DNA of 64,000 bases, from NCBI RefSeq assembly GCF_009914755.1, contig NC_060941.1, one strand, 5' to 3'. The DNA comes from the human T2T-CHM13v2.0 reference genome, Homo sapiens. The translations under genes and the position numbers were made by a program. Below the pieces are notes generated by a model. That model did not search any database, had not been told where the DNA came from, and saw nothing but the letters and a program-made list of their open reading frames with translations. Below, piece by piece: positions 1 to 14,240 of the stretch (positions within the stretch are counted from its first letter, which is position 1; every line of letters starts with the position of its first letter).

Positions 1-1428
1 CTCTGGGGAGCATCAGGGCACTCAAGCCCTCCAATACCTTTCCCCAAACAGCACATGGTCAATCAGGAATGCAAAATAGGCAGCCCATCAGATACAGAGC
101 AAAACCAAACCGAGGCAGGGTGCCCACTGCCTGGTACCCCTTGGGGCAGGCTCCCTGCACATCCTCTTCTGTGTGGGCACACAGGTGCCGTTCTTTGGGG
201 AGGTGGCTGTGGGTGTATGCACACAGTACCCACTCAACCCCTGATGGGCTTGTGCCCTCCCTTGGAGGCAGGTAGATGAGGTGAAGGCCTGGACGGGCCG
301 GCCATCCTGAGACCCGCTCCGGGCCAGGGACCTGCACATTCGTGCACCTTTTCCGCATCCTCAACAGAGACCCTTGGTCTGGATGCTGCGTGAATTCACA
401 ACATCTGTCTGTGGGAGAGGAACTCCCTGACTTGGCTCTGAAAAAATAATAATAAAATAATAAACATTTAAAAGGAAGTGCAGCTTCTTCCAGGAAGCCA
501 GAGGTGTGGGTAGCTGGTGTAGGGTTTGCTTGGCATTGGGTTTGGAGCACAGCAGATCATTCCAGAATTCCACCATTCTCCTGGCACAGGGTCTTTGCCC
601 AGGGCTGACCTCAGGGCTCGCTCCATCACCGCATGACCCCAGTGGCACAACTGTGGTTACACCTGCTGCAAATGCCCTGGTTAGTTACGTTCTCTAAGAC
701 GCAGTGGCCTTGACTCAGGGTGGCTGCACTTCAGACTCAGCCTCCTGCCCCCTCAACGTCCTGAGCATCGTGCTTGGTCCATCTCCCATGCGTCTCCGTC
801 GCGTTCCCTCTTCCCTTCTGAACAGGACGGGCCTTTGTGCTGTTTTCTTCCTGCCCAGCTCTGCTTCCCACTCCTGCCCTTGCCTAATTGTTCTCCATGC
901 TCTTTGGGGGAACCTCGTCTGGTCCTGCCCTGTGGGGAGGCACAGACCCGACTGGGCTCCCTGTCCCCTGCCCGAGGCAGCCCAGTCTGACATGCATGCT
1001 GCGGTTGACACGGGTGCTGGCTCTGCTGCCGGGTGCTGGCTCTGCTGCCGGCCGCTGGCCCATGGCTCCTACCAGAAAAGCCCACATGGGAGGCAACATC
1101 ACATCAGCCGGTTTGCTCCCCAAAACCAAGAACTGCACCCCGCTTTTGGCCTTGATATTCACAGGTCATTTTCCTTGGATACTCAGGAAGATTCTGTCTT
1201 GCAGACCATCTCCACAAAACGTGGCCCTGGGACCTGCTCGGGGCAGGGCAGAGGGGTCGGCAATGCTGAGGCAAGGCTGTGGAGAGGAGAGCATCCAGCA
1301 CGCGCGAGTGATGAAGGAGAGGAGGAGGCAAGCTCCGGGGCTGGCGGGAGCTGGAGAGGACAGGCTGGGAGCCATCAGGAGATGGAGCAGAATGTGGTCA
1401 GGTGGCTCAGGCATCCACTGAGACTCGG

Positions 1429-1731
1429 CACCATGGTGGGGAAGTCACTGGCGCCATGGTGGGGAGTCACTGGCGCCGTGGTGGGGAGTCACTGGCGCCG
1501 TGGTGGGGGTGTCACTGGCGCCGTGGTGGGGGTGTCACTGGCGCCATGGTGGGGAGCCACTGGCGCTGTGGTGGGGAGTCACTGGTGCTGTGGTGGGGGG
1601 GTCACTGGCGCTGTGGTGGGGGGTCACTGGCGCTGTGGTGGGGGGTCACTGGTGCTGTGGTGGGGGGATCACTCGCACTGTGGTGGGGGAGTCACAGGGT
1701 TGGGGAGTCACTGGGTCGGGGAGTCACTGGC
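1429..1731. repeat. G-rich minisatellite, ~22-bp unit GGTGGGGAGTCACTGGCGCCRT, ~11-12 copies plus 2 shortened copies
   Basis: Tandem periodicity read directly from the sequence; produces the repetitive peptide in ORF 704..1873. Confidence 0.95.
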
Positions 1732-1775
1732 TGCCATTCACCCTCAGTTGTCATCTCTAAAATGGGAACTGGTGC
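1732..1775 (+). mobile_element. MIR SINE fragment
   Basis: CCTCAGTTGTCATCTCTAAAATGGG resembles the MIR core CCTCAGTTTCCTCATCTGTAAAATGGG. Confidence 0.6.
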
Positions 1776-1964
1776 CACAGCGACTGCACTCAGCTGGTCC
1801 CTCCGAGGTAACTGCACCTGGTACCTTCCCAATCTCATCTCTGAGAACTTGGCATCCCAGTCCCATCTCCTGAGTGCCCCTTGGGCTTCTGTGCTCCGTC
1901 CTCCCACCATGGCTTTGCTTAAGGGTTTGTCTTACCTGCAGTCCACCCAGTCCCTGCCCCAGTC

Positions 1965-2067
1965 CCACCATCATTATCATCTCCATCTCCTCCTCCTCCT
2001 CCCCCCGTCCTCCTCCTCCCCCCCCATCCTCCTCCTCCTCCTCCTTCTTCTCCTCCCTCTCCCTTCT
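1965..2067. repeat. (CCT)n-rich polypyrimidine low-complexity tract
   Basis: Runs of CTC/CCT triplets. Confidence 0.85.
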
Positions 2068-2710
2068 TGGATTATCCAGATTTGATCTATCAGCCAACAA
2101 CTCCCTCATCCCACCCCGAGCAACAGCATGTCCTATCTTTTCATAGGTTTAAACCACAGCCCCCCAGCCAGACAGGCAACCCCATTAGACCAAGACAAAA
2201 ACCCAATCCCATTCTTATTGCTTCCATCACTCTGGGCATAGACGACTGTTCAGCGGTGCTCAGTGAATTAAACCATTGCCAGAGGCTGAGAGACGACTTC
2301 AGTGAGGCACCTCGATCAGCCAGGAGAGAGGAGGTTCCGCTGCAGTAACAAACAGCTGCCAAGTCGCAGACACTCTTTAGAGCAAAGTTTTTTTTGCTCA
2401 TGCTATGTTCCTATCATGGGTCCGTCTTGCTCCTCATACAAGGGGCCAGGCTGATAAAGCAACCTCTTTCTGGAACATTCCTGGTGGTCACGACAGAGAG
2501 GAAAGAGGGATGGATACACTCCATCCTAACCCATGGCAGACACGACTTCCAGCCCCATATCAATGACTTTGGTCATTGGCCAAAGAAAGGCACAGAGGTA
2601 CATGAGAGCTCCACAGCTGGGCAGAGCAGAGACACCAAATATTTGTGACCAAAGTGAGTCTGTCTCAATGACACTAACCCAGGCCAATGCAGATCATAAA
2701 ACACCAGTGC

Positions 2711-3145
<435 letters not shown>

Positions 3146-3664
3146 TTAGCTGGGCCAGATTGCAGTCTGGATGCCCTGGACACCAGAGCATCAGGCAGGA
3201 AAGAAGATGGAATGAAGCCAGAGGGACTGTCAGAGTCGTTACGTCACTCACCGCTGCCATTTCCATGCACACGTGAATCATGGCAACAGAAACACCCCCA
3301 CACAGAGGGCCACGGCTGTGTAGACGCTCCTTGGCCTGCCTTGCCCCGAGGCTGAGGATGCTCTGCCCATTATTTGATATGCGGGAGGTTTCCACTTGGT
3401 TTCCTGTTGCAGGAAGAGAAGAGAGCTGTACTTGTGCCCACACAGCCAGGGGCTGGAGGAGGGCAGGTGCCACCTGCTCCGGACCTGGCAGGGGAGCACC
3501 TCTTGCTGTTCCAAGGAGTTTGGAAGCTGGACCCAGAGGGATTTGGCATGGTTTTCATAGACACTGCCATGGAGCATCTGCCATGGAGCTAGAGCCACTT
3601 GGCCACCATAGGGAATCGTGTTAGCCCAGAGGCCAGGTTGCCCCTCTGCTAAAGCTCCCCTCAC

Positions 3665-4102
3665 GCCTGTGTGTGCCTGTGTATGCAAGCACGTGCCTGC
3701 CCATGTATGTGCCTGTGCGTGGCTGTGTATGCAAGCACGTGCCTGCCCGTGTATGTGCCTGTGCGTGCCTGTGCGTGCCTGTGTATGCATGCATGTGCCT
3801 GCCCATGTATGTGCCTGTGCGTGCCTGTGTATGCAAGCACGTGCCTGCCCGTGTATGTGCCTGTGCGTGCCTGTGTATGCATGCATGTGCCTGCCCGTGT
3901 ATGTGCCTGTGCGTGCCTGTGTATGCAAGCACGTGCCTGCCCGTGTATGTGCCTGTGCGTGCCTGTGTATGCATGCATGTGCCTGCCCATGTATGTGCCT
4001 GTGTATGCATGCATGTGCCTGTGTGTGCATCTGTGTGCATGCATGTGCCTATGCCTGTGTGTGTGTGCCTGTGCCTGTCCCTACATGTATGTGTGTGTGT
4101 GC
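3665..4102. repeat. TG-rich minisatellite, 46-bp unit, ~8 copies, decaying into TG low complexity
   Basis: GTATGC recurs at 3681, 3727, 3783, 3829, 3875, 3921, 3967 and 4003. Confidence 0.92.
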
Positions 4103-4265
4103 AAGTGTCTGGCCCTGGAAAAGTGGGCATTCAGCCTCGCTTCCACTCTGTGTGTGCTCCTTCTCCACCTCCCCACAGCCTCTCTTTGTCCATCCCTGAT
4201 GACTTGGGGAAGGGGAAGACAAGATCTTTCTCTTCTCAATAAATCTCTGTTCAAGATGCAATTCC

Positions 4266-4527
4266 AACCGGGTGCGGTGGCTCACACCTGTAATCCCAGC
4301 ACTTTGGGAGGCTGAGGCAACAGGATTGCTTGAGCCTACGCATTTGAGACCATCCTGGCAACAAAGACCTCATCTCTACAAAAAATACAAAATTAGCTAG
4401 GCATAGTGGCATATGCCTGTAGTCCCAGCTATGTGGGAGGCTACTGAAGCCCGGGATGTTGAGGCTACAGTGAGCCATGATCGCGCCACTGCACTCCAGC
4501 CTGGGAGACAGAGCAAGACCCCGTCTC

Positions 4528-4554
<27 letters not shown>
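4266..4554 (+). mobile_element. AluJ-type element
   Basis: GGATTGCTTGAGCC and GAGGCTACAGTGAGCCATGAT (J-type); poly-A tail; TSD GATGCAATTCC at 4255-4265 and 4556-4566. Confidence 0.9.
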
Positions 4555-4558
<4 letters not shown>

Positions 4559-4929
4559 GCAATTCCTGGAAGGACCTGAGTGGCTAGCAGCGCCCTGCCC
4601 TGTGTGATTGCCCATGGGATGTGTTTAGATGCTCGTTCCTGAGGGCCTCGTTCAGGCCTGTCTCAGCCTCCCAGAGCCATGGACCACTGCGACCCACAAT
4701 GGGCCTCTGGTGCCCACTTCCGCCAGGGCTTCCCACAGATGTGCCACATCATAGGCTGTTGAGGGCACTGCAGGGGACAGGCAAGCCCGTTCCTAAGGGG
4801 CCACATCAAGGATGAAAGATCCAAACACATGGAAAACAAGCAATGAAAGCCGTACCAAGTCAGCACTGGGCGCTGCAGGGGAGGGAGTGCTGGGGACTGG
4901 GCAGTGTGGACCAGTGGCTCTTCATCGAC

Positions 4930-5045
4930 ACATGACCCTGGCCTCCCCAAGCCTCAGCTTCCTCCTGGTAAAGCAGGGCCCTCTTTCACAGGGATGCTTT
5001 GAGGATGCAGTAAGCTGATGTGTGTGAAAGGCCCTGACACTTTCA
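4930..5045 (+). mobile_element. MIR SINE fragment
   Basis: GCCTCAGCTTCCTC...CACAGGGATGCTTTGAGGAT...GTGTGAAAG follows the MIR consensus order. Confidence 0.7.
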
Positions 5046-5249
5046 TTCACTGGTCTCTGCAACTGTTTAGTCTTTAGAGAGTGAGCGCCACGGCAGGTCC
5101 TGGGACCCCACGGTGACTCAGGTCGAAGGGCCCCTGACCTTACAGAAGACAGACAGATGTCACGCAGTGCCCCACAGTGACTGCACTCAGCTGGGGTCCA
5201 AACTTCAGGGGGCATGTGGGGGTATAAGAACAGCTAACTGGGACCCCTA

Positions 5250-5410
5250 AGTGGGGACAGTTAAGGAAGTCTTTCCTTAAGGGAGTGACATTTGAGCTGA
5301 GCTCTGAAGACTGGGTCGGGATCAATGACAAGGTCAAGGGGAGAGGGAGAGGAGGCACTCCAAGCAGGAGCTGCCTGTGCAAAGGCCCTGAGGCCCAGAG
5401 GAGTGCAACC
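5250..5410 (-). mobile_element. L2 LINE fragment
   Basis: GTGACATTTGAGCTGAG...TGTGCAAAGGCCCTGAGG, typical of the reversed L2 3' region. Confidence 0.75.
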
Positions 5411-5814
5411 TCTAGAGGAATGGACCGGCCAGGAGGTACGGTGGCTCTGGTAGCATTTCATGAAGCACTATCATCATGTTTGCATTTTTAAAAGATGCTC
5501 TGCCCATGCTCCCCTCCAATCCACCTCCCACTCAGTAGCCAAAGCCTGTGAACCCAGGCAGGAGGCCGCGGCCATGGTCCAGGCCAGAGAAGGTGGTGGC
5601 CATGGGAAAGGAGGGAAGTGAACAGAATGAGGGCTTTAGGAGGTGAGAGGGGAAAGGTGTGGGGGTGCCTAGAAAGCGGACATGGCGGGGGATGGAGAGC
5701 ACAGAGGGAGGAGCCCAGCCTCCGCCTTGTACAAAAAGTGAGTTGGGAGTGGTGCTGTCCTCTAAAATGGAGAATGCTGGGAGAGGAGGAGGCAGGGGCA
5801 CGGATCACAAAAGG

Positions 5815-7005
<1,191 letters not shown>

Positions 7006-7020
7006 TAAAAATTTTTAAAA

Positions 7021-7337
<317 letters not shown>

Positions 7338-7784
7338 ATGTTTAAGACCTGGGGGAGGTCTAGGAATATTCAGGAGGAGGGGCCTGCATGAGCTGGCACT
7401 TGGGTATTGGCTGAGCCCTGGTCCAGCCCAGGGAGAGTGAAGAAAGAGGATGATGCCTCTAGGAACTCCCAGCAGCAAAGTGCCAGTAGGGAGGATGAGC
7501 CCAGGAAGCAAGAGCATCTGAACTCAGGGTGGACAGATGAGCCTGATGGGCCGAGAGACAAGAGAAAGTGAAAGGTTAGGATGGGCTCCGTGGGGCCGGG
7601 CAGTGAGCTGAGACTGGACAGGAGAGGAGCTGGACACAGGCCTTCTTTGACCAAGTCTTCATTTGTCTTGCTGGCACTGACCCCCAGCTGAGCTCCTGCA
7701 TCCACCAACCAGCCTTCCCATCTCCCAGGCTGGGGCCCTCAGACTGGGGTGATTCCCAGCATGGAGGCTTGCCCCTGGTGTGGA

Positions 7785-8270
7785 CTGAGTGCAGAGATGC
7801 CCCAACTGTTCACATGTCCATGGAAACATTCCCTTTGCAATGTGACTTTGTAGCTCCTTCCACCAAGAGGCAGGGTCTACTTCCTTGCCCTTTGAATCAG
7901 GGCTGGCCTCCAGACCAAAAGATGTCCTAGACACGAGGGTGCCCCCATTCCAGGTGGGGCCTCAGCAGGCCTTGCTCACTTCCATTTCTGTCCCGGGACC
8001 CAGGCACGGACGTGTGAGCAAGCCTGAGTGAGCCTGCTGGAGAAGGAAGAGCCAGGAGAAGCAGGGACCTGTCTCAAGTCCAGCGGCCTCCGCCCCACCT
8101 GCCAGCTGACCACAGAGGTCCCAGCAAGCCCAGCTGGGACCAGCCAAGCATGGCCCAGTTCAGCAGAAGGGCCCAGATGACCCCTGGACTCATGAGCAAG
8201 AACAACAACTGCTGTTTCAAGCTACAGCGTTTTGGGGCGTGTTTGTGATGCGGCAGTCGCTGACTGGTAC
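7785..8270 (+). mobile_element. MLT1-family (ERVL-MaLR) solo LTR
   Basis: CCCTTTGCAATGTGACTTTG...CCACCAAGAGG at the 5' side and TGCTGTTTCAAGC...TTTTGGGG..TTTGT...GCTGACTGGTAC at the 3' end. Confidence 0.75.
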
Positions 8271-9596
8271 CCCCTTCCCCCAGGCATGAGGACGTTCCTC
8301 AACTTCATCCCGCTTCCCAGGATTAGCTAGAAACCAACAGAGCCATGTGGCTAAATCCATTCTGGTAGGGCTTGTAATTGAGCTACTTGGTGAGATCTTC
8401 CGTTTGATTTTCTCTTTTCATATGTTTTCAATCAGAAATATCAGAAGCTGCTTTGAATGTCCCTGCAGAGTTCTCAGAAGCATCCTCTCCCGGGTTTCTC
8501 TGGAGAGCCCACCTTGTTTGTTGGAGAGTGTATTCTCCTGCAGCTTTTCAAATGCTACGTTTTCCTCTGATGGCAGCCAGGGCATTTGATTGCATGAGAG
8601 ATGGTGATGTGGTTGCAACTGCTGTCGATATTCCTTTATGACTCTGAATTTGCATCTGTGCAAGTCTGGTAATACCTGAATTCCAGGCACAAATAAATGA
8701 AACTTATTTAAAATAACTGGGAAAAATTCCACACTGGAGGTAAAATAAAAAATAGATTTGCTGCTACAGATGCAGAAACTGGTCCAAGAAAGACCACTGG
8801 AAATTGACTCAATAACTGGCCGGTCCCAAGAAGTCTGTAGCCAGAGTAACTGGTGGGCGCAAGGCAGAAAGGTGAACCATTAAGGCCTAGACCACACACC
8901 CTGTGGTGCCTCCACTCTCCAAGACCCCCCGCAACCCTGAGAATAGGAAGGTGGTGTGAGGAGAAGGGAGCATGGCTGGTCACGAGAGCCCTTTTCCACA
9001 CTCGGTCACTATGGTGCTGGCATCCTTCCTGTGCAATGTAAGGGGCAGCAGTGGTGCCCACATTGCACAGGAGAGGCTCCATGGAGCCAAGGCAGCATGA
9101 CCTTACATAGCATGTCCACGGCAGCCTGATCCCAAGACCTCCACCTTGCAGTCCAGTGTCCTTTGCAGTAGACACCAGCAAGGCTAGGGACCCCAGCCCC
9201 TGCTGTTTTCATCCTAACTTGGACTTATCTGTTGTGATGGCCAGGCCAACCCTGTTTGGGAGAAGGCGGCTGGTGAGAATAAACAGGGAACACCGGCATC
9301 GTCTACAAACCCAGTGGAGCCACTCAGCCAGGACCCTCAGCCCCAAGCTGCCCAAGTCACTCAGCCAGGCGAGGTCCCCCCACGGAGCAGCAGGCTGGCC
9401 AGAAAGCTTCAGACCACAAGCTTCGGACCAAGCGGCACCTAGGAAGGGAGCAGGTATGTAACCAGGGAATCACAGGACCTTGATCGAGGTCCCACTTGGA
9501 GGCAGGGGGAAAGGCTGTGGGAGAATAGATGAAGGAGCCCACGGGGAAGCAGACGGAGCTACTTCACGGGAGGACGGAACATTTGAGTTGGGTCTT

Positions 9597-9877
9597 TTTT
9601 CTTTTTAGAGATGGGCTCTCACCCAGGCTGGAGTGCAGTGGCACAATCATACCTCACTGCAACCTTGAACTCCTGGGCTCAAGCAATGCTCCCACCTCAG
9701 CTTCCTGAATAGCTGGGACACAGAGGCATGCCACCATGCCTGGCTCTTTTTAAAAAATGTTTTTGTAAAGAAGGGCTCTCACTATATTGCTGGACTTGAA
9801 CTCTTGAGCTCAATCCATCCTCCCACCTTGGCCTCCCAAAGTGCTGGGATTGCAGTCATGAGCCACCTTACTTGGCC
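9597..9877 (-). mobile_element. AluJ-type element inserted in an L2 remnant
   Basis: TCCTGGGCTCAAGCAAT (J-type); TSD TGAGTTGGGTCTT at 9584-9596 and 9878-9890; flanks rejoin as L2-like ACATTTGAGTTGGGTCTTGA..ATAGGAG. Confidence 0.9.
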
Positions 9878-10395
9878 TGAGTTGGGTCTTGAGGCATGCA
9901 TAGGAGTTTCCAGGTGGGATGCAGTTGCTGGAGCTGGACCATGCAGATCCAGCTCTGGAGCTCACAGTAATGTTCATAAACAAATGGTTTTGAGCCTTAC
10001 GTGAGCCAGGCCCAAGACTGGGCATTTTCTCATGTGTTTTCTAATGCACTTGATAACTGATCTTATTCTCCCCCGGGGACTCTGGGTGCAAGGAGACATT
10101 CTGGGCTTCATCCCACCATGAAGACCAAAAAACATCCTGAGGGCAGGCTTGGCATCAAATCCTCCTCCTGCCACTCCAGGAGCCGAGCGCAGACCTTGCT
10201 GCAGCCAGGAAAATAAATAATAGTTGACCAAGGTACTGACCACCCTCACCCCAGGTTAGGAAGAACCTGCAAGCCAATTTCTCTTTGATGTGTTGAGCTA
10301 TAGCCCACCCCACACCCCCTTCACTGCTGTTTGCTTCCCTAAAAATGAATAGCACTCTGCAGGTATCCCCACCCTTAAGCACAGCCCTCCCCCAA

Positions 10396-10823
10396 GAGAC
10401 CTGTCCTGAGCTTGGACCTGGGTGATATAACGAGACCCATCCTGAGCTTGGACCTCGGCAATATAGTGAGACCCCATCCTGAGCTTGGACCTGGGCCATA
10501 TAGCGAGATCCCGTCCTGAGCTTGGACCTGGGCCATATAGTGAGACCCCATCCTGAACTTCGACCTGGGCAATATAGCGAGATCCCATCCTGAGCTTGGG
10601 CCTGGGCCCTATAGCGAGACCCCATCCTGAGCTTGGACCTGGGCCATATAGTGAGACCCCGTCCTGCACTTGGACCTGGGCCATATAGTGAGACCCCATC
10701 CTGAGCTTGGACCTGGGCCATATAGTGAGACCCCATCCTGAGCTTGGACCTGGGCCATATAGTGAGACCCCGTCCTGAGCTTGGACCTGGGCCATATAGT
10801 GAGACCCCGTCCTGAGCTTGGAC
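10396..10823. repeat. Minisatellite, 37-bp unit CCTGAGCTTGGACCTGGGCCATATAGTGAGACCCCRT, ~11.5 copies
   Basis: Exact 37-bp period from 10441 to 10811. Confidence 0.97.
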
Positions 10824-10884
10824 AGTTCTTTCAGGGCATAGCAGTGCTCAAGGGTGGGGAACTTAAGGAACTGCCTGGGAGGGG

Positions 10885-11310
10885 GCATTAGAGCTGGGGC
10901 TACCATAACACAGGACTGCACACTGGCGGCCACAAACAACAGCATGAATCCTCTTGCGCTGCGGCAGGCTGCCGTCTGAGTCTGGGTGTGGACTCCGCAG
11001 GTGGGCTTCTTCTGGGGGCTCTGAGCGAGGATCCGCCCCAGGGCTCTCCTGGCTTTAGGTGCTCTCCTGAGTGTCCGTGGCCTGTGGCTGGCTCACCCCA
11101 GCCAAGTGCTGTCTTCTCCCTGTCTCTCCACATCACCGTCCCCTGTTTGTGCCTCTGTGTCCTGATTTACCCTTCAGATAAGGACACCAGTCCTGTTGGA
11201 TTAGGGCCCCCCATCCCCTCTGAGAAGACCCTGTCTCTAAGGTCACATTCTGAGGTCCCGGAGGTTAGGACGTCAACATGGCTTTTTGGGAGGACATGAT
11301 TCAGCCCGAA
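10885..11310 (-). mobile_element. MLT1 (A/B/C-like) LTR
   Basis: ATAAGGACACCAGTC..TTGGATTAGGGCCC, GGTCACATTCTGAGG..GTTAGGAC.TCAACAT, ATTCAGCCC. Confidence 0.85.
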
Positions 11311-13527
11311 TGGGTAGCCTCTTCCCTCCCAATCTCCTCCCTGCTGCCTGCCCAGGCTCCTGGAGCTTCCCTGGGACGCCCTGGGGGCTGTACCAGAAAT
11401 GCACGGGGAGGAGCTGGGACCCCCTGGAAGGGACCCTGGAGAACGGCAGTGAAGAGGGGTCACATGCACCCCGACACCCTCCACACACCCCAATACCCCC
11501 ATGTGGGTTTGGCCTGCATCGTCCCACCATGGGGGGTCTGTCCTTCCAGGTCTCGGCAAGGCCCAGGCATGCTGGGGAGGGCTGTCAGTTCAATGGTGGA
11601 CACCAGCGTTTGATGTGGAGATTTGGCAGTGAGAACGGATGTGCCTCAGTGCGAGGTTTATATAAAATGACAGATTCTGGAAAATGAAGCCCTCAGATTA
11701 AAAAAGAAGAAGAAAAGGAAAGAGGAGGAAGAGGCAGCAGGGAAGGTGCCCTCCACCCCCCATGTATTCCCTGGAGGGCACTGCAGGGGCGGTGGGGGAC
11801 CGGGAGACAAATGCCCCATTTGGGGGTGCTTCCTGTGCTGCTCAGTGTGCCTTAGCTTTGCCCCAACACCGCCTCCCCACCCCCCAGGCCACACACTTCT
11901 TTACCATCCCCATCCGTCCTATACCCAGGATAAGAACCCCAGGGGACAAGGCCCTGATAGGGGACAGACACGCGCCAAGATAGCACGCGGTAAGAGACAA
12001 GCAATTATTTGGAAACTTTCACATTACTGTCGTTTTAAAAGGGAGGGGGCTAGATGGAGGCAAAGACTCCAAGAATCCTTCCTAGGAAGCCCACAAAAGC
12101 AAAGATGGATTGCACATAATTGCCCTTTGTTTAAAAGGCACATGGATATTCCTGCAGAGCTGGAAACTCATTCTTCACACAAAAAAGCTTCCAAAAATTG
12201 CAACCTATTTGTTGCCAAGTTTGGGACTGTTATTTCCTTCCCAGCCCCCTTGGGTTGCTTTTTTATTTTTTAATGACCTGAAATGTAAATTGCCTTCCCT
12301 GTGGGTCTCCTGGGGCTGGGATGAGGTCTAGGGAAGTCCGCCTCCCAGGACATCCCAGCTGGGGCTCCTCCAGGAAAGGAGGCGGAAAATCCAGGATACC
12401 AATGAAGTTCATTCTGGCCACCTGGCACCGAAAGTGGAGCAAGAGACCAGACCTCTTCCCCTGCCTTCTCCCTGGATGCTGCGTGTCCACCTCCTGGCGT
12501 TCAGATGGCCCCTTTCTCACCAGAACGAAAAGGAGAAAGCAAGGACATCAGCTCAGCCCTGGGGTAAGAGTTCTCATCACCACAAGGCCCAGGAGGACAA
12601 TATCAAACACAGCCAGCATGGACCCCACCCCAAATCTCAAAGAAATCTTCAATGAACCCCAAGAAGGGGCCTCAAGACTGCAGCCAACTTCTCAGAATTC
12701 CCCAAGCATCCAGCCTCTCAGGAGCACAAAAGAAGCCTGTGAGCAGCTTCCCAGCCCTCGGAGGGACGAGAAGTTCCCGTGTCTGCCGGGGACCCTGGGA
12801 GCAGGGAGCTGTCGCCGCCCCTTCCTCCCAAGCCTGCTCACTGTTCCAGAAACAAGGAGTCCAGGAGAAGAGCCAGGATGGGGGAATAAAGGTTTCCATG
12901 AGGGGAGATCCCAGAGAGGCCCCCTGAACCTGGCAGTCACGTGGTCCCGGGGGTCGGCACCCATTGCCATGTGTCCCCCCTGGCACAGGTGTCGCTGGGG
13001 GCCAAGGCTTCAGAAGTTACTGCTGGAATGAGCCCACCTGCCTCGGGGGCTTCCTTCATCTCAAAACTCAGAGTGTTGTCACAGCCACGCTGCCACTCTA
13101 GAATTCCTGGGGACAGGAGACACACCATGGCCAGGACCAATCCTGGCACCAAAAAGGAGAACCCCCAGCCAGGCTGCGCCCATCCGATGGACACCAGACT
13201 CCTTGGTACACATTTATTGGGCACCTACTGTGTTCCAGGCACAGCCTGAAGTGATAAAAGCCAGGCACAGCGCCAAAGGTCCCAGCAGAAGGTGGCGGCC
13301 ACCCCCAACCCCCAGCCCATCCCCGTCTTTCCTTCCTCTTGGGCCTCCTGTCCCCTCTGGAATTCAGCCCCAAACAGTATCGTGTTTTCTGTTGGGTCAC
13401 CGCCTTTGCTTGGAGCCCCTGAAAACAGAGCCTGGGGCAAGGGTTGGGGCACAGATTGCTGGTTTGAGAGCAAGTCCAGGAAGCTGGTGTGAGGTTATCT
13501 GGGAGCCTGATGAGGATGGAATAAAAG

Positions 13528-14240
13528 CTATGTGTGCACGTATGGAGGGTGTGAGGAGGGGTGTGCACGTGTGGAGGGTGTGTGGAGGGGTGTGCACGTG
13601 TGGAGGGTGTGTGGAGGCATGTGCACGTGTGGAGGGTGTGTGGAGGGGTGTGCATGTGTGGAGGGTGTGTGGAGGGGTGTGCATGTGTTGTGTGTGGCAT
13701 GTGTAAACGTGTGCACGCATGTGGTATGTGCAGTGTGTGTGTGTGGAGTGTGGAGTATTGTAGTGTGTGCACACATGCATGTATGTGTATGTGTGTGGGT
13801 GTGTGCAGGGGTGGAGTATTTTGTGTGCACATATGCATGCATGTGTGTGTGTGTAGTGTGTGTGGAATGTGAAGTATTGTCGTGTGTGCATGCATGCATG
13901 TGTGTGTGTCTGCAGGGTGTGGAGTACTGTCGTCGTATGTGCACACATGCATGCATGTGTGTGTGGGGTGTGGAGTATTGTCGTCTGTGGATGCATATAT
14001 GCATGTGTATGTGGGTGGGGGGTGTGGAATATTGTTGTGTGTGCACATATGCATGCCTGTGTATGTGTGTGGTGTGTGAACATGTGCATATGTAAATGAG
14101 TGCATGTGTGTGGTGTGTGCAGTGTGTGATATGTGTGGAATGTGTAGTATGTGCACACGTGTGCATGTGTGGTGCGTGCATATGTGTGTGGACAGGTGTG
14201 CATGTGTGTAGTGTGTGCATGTGTACGTGCGTTTATGCAG
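13528..14240. repeat. TG-rich complex repeat: ~5 x 29-bp unit GTGTGCACGTGTGGAGGGTGTGTGGAGGG followed by degenerate ~55-60-bp units
   Basis: Periodicity seen directly; source of the His/Thr- and Cys/Val-rich ORFs. Confidence 0.9.

Noticed and set aside
704-2085. 389-aa and 227-aa ORFs
   Set aside because: Kept open by the stop-free 22-bp minisatellite and CCT tract; no domain or exon structure.
3278-4315. Cys/Val- and His/Thr-rich ORFs resembling metallothionein or keratin-associated proteins
   Set aside because: Translations of TG/CA repeats that are open in most frames; the same applies at 13.1-14.6 kb, 20 kb, 22 kb and 41.4-42.8 kb.
10396-10823. CRISPR-like array (37-bp repeats)
   Set aside because: Units are head-to-tail with no unique spacers, there are no cas genes, and the context is primate genomic DNA.
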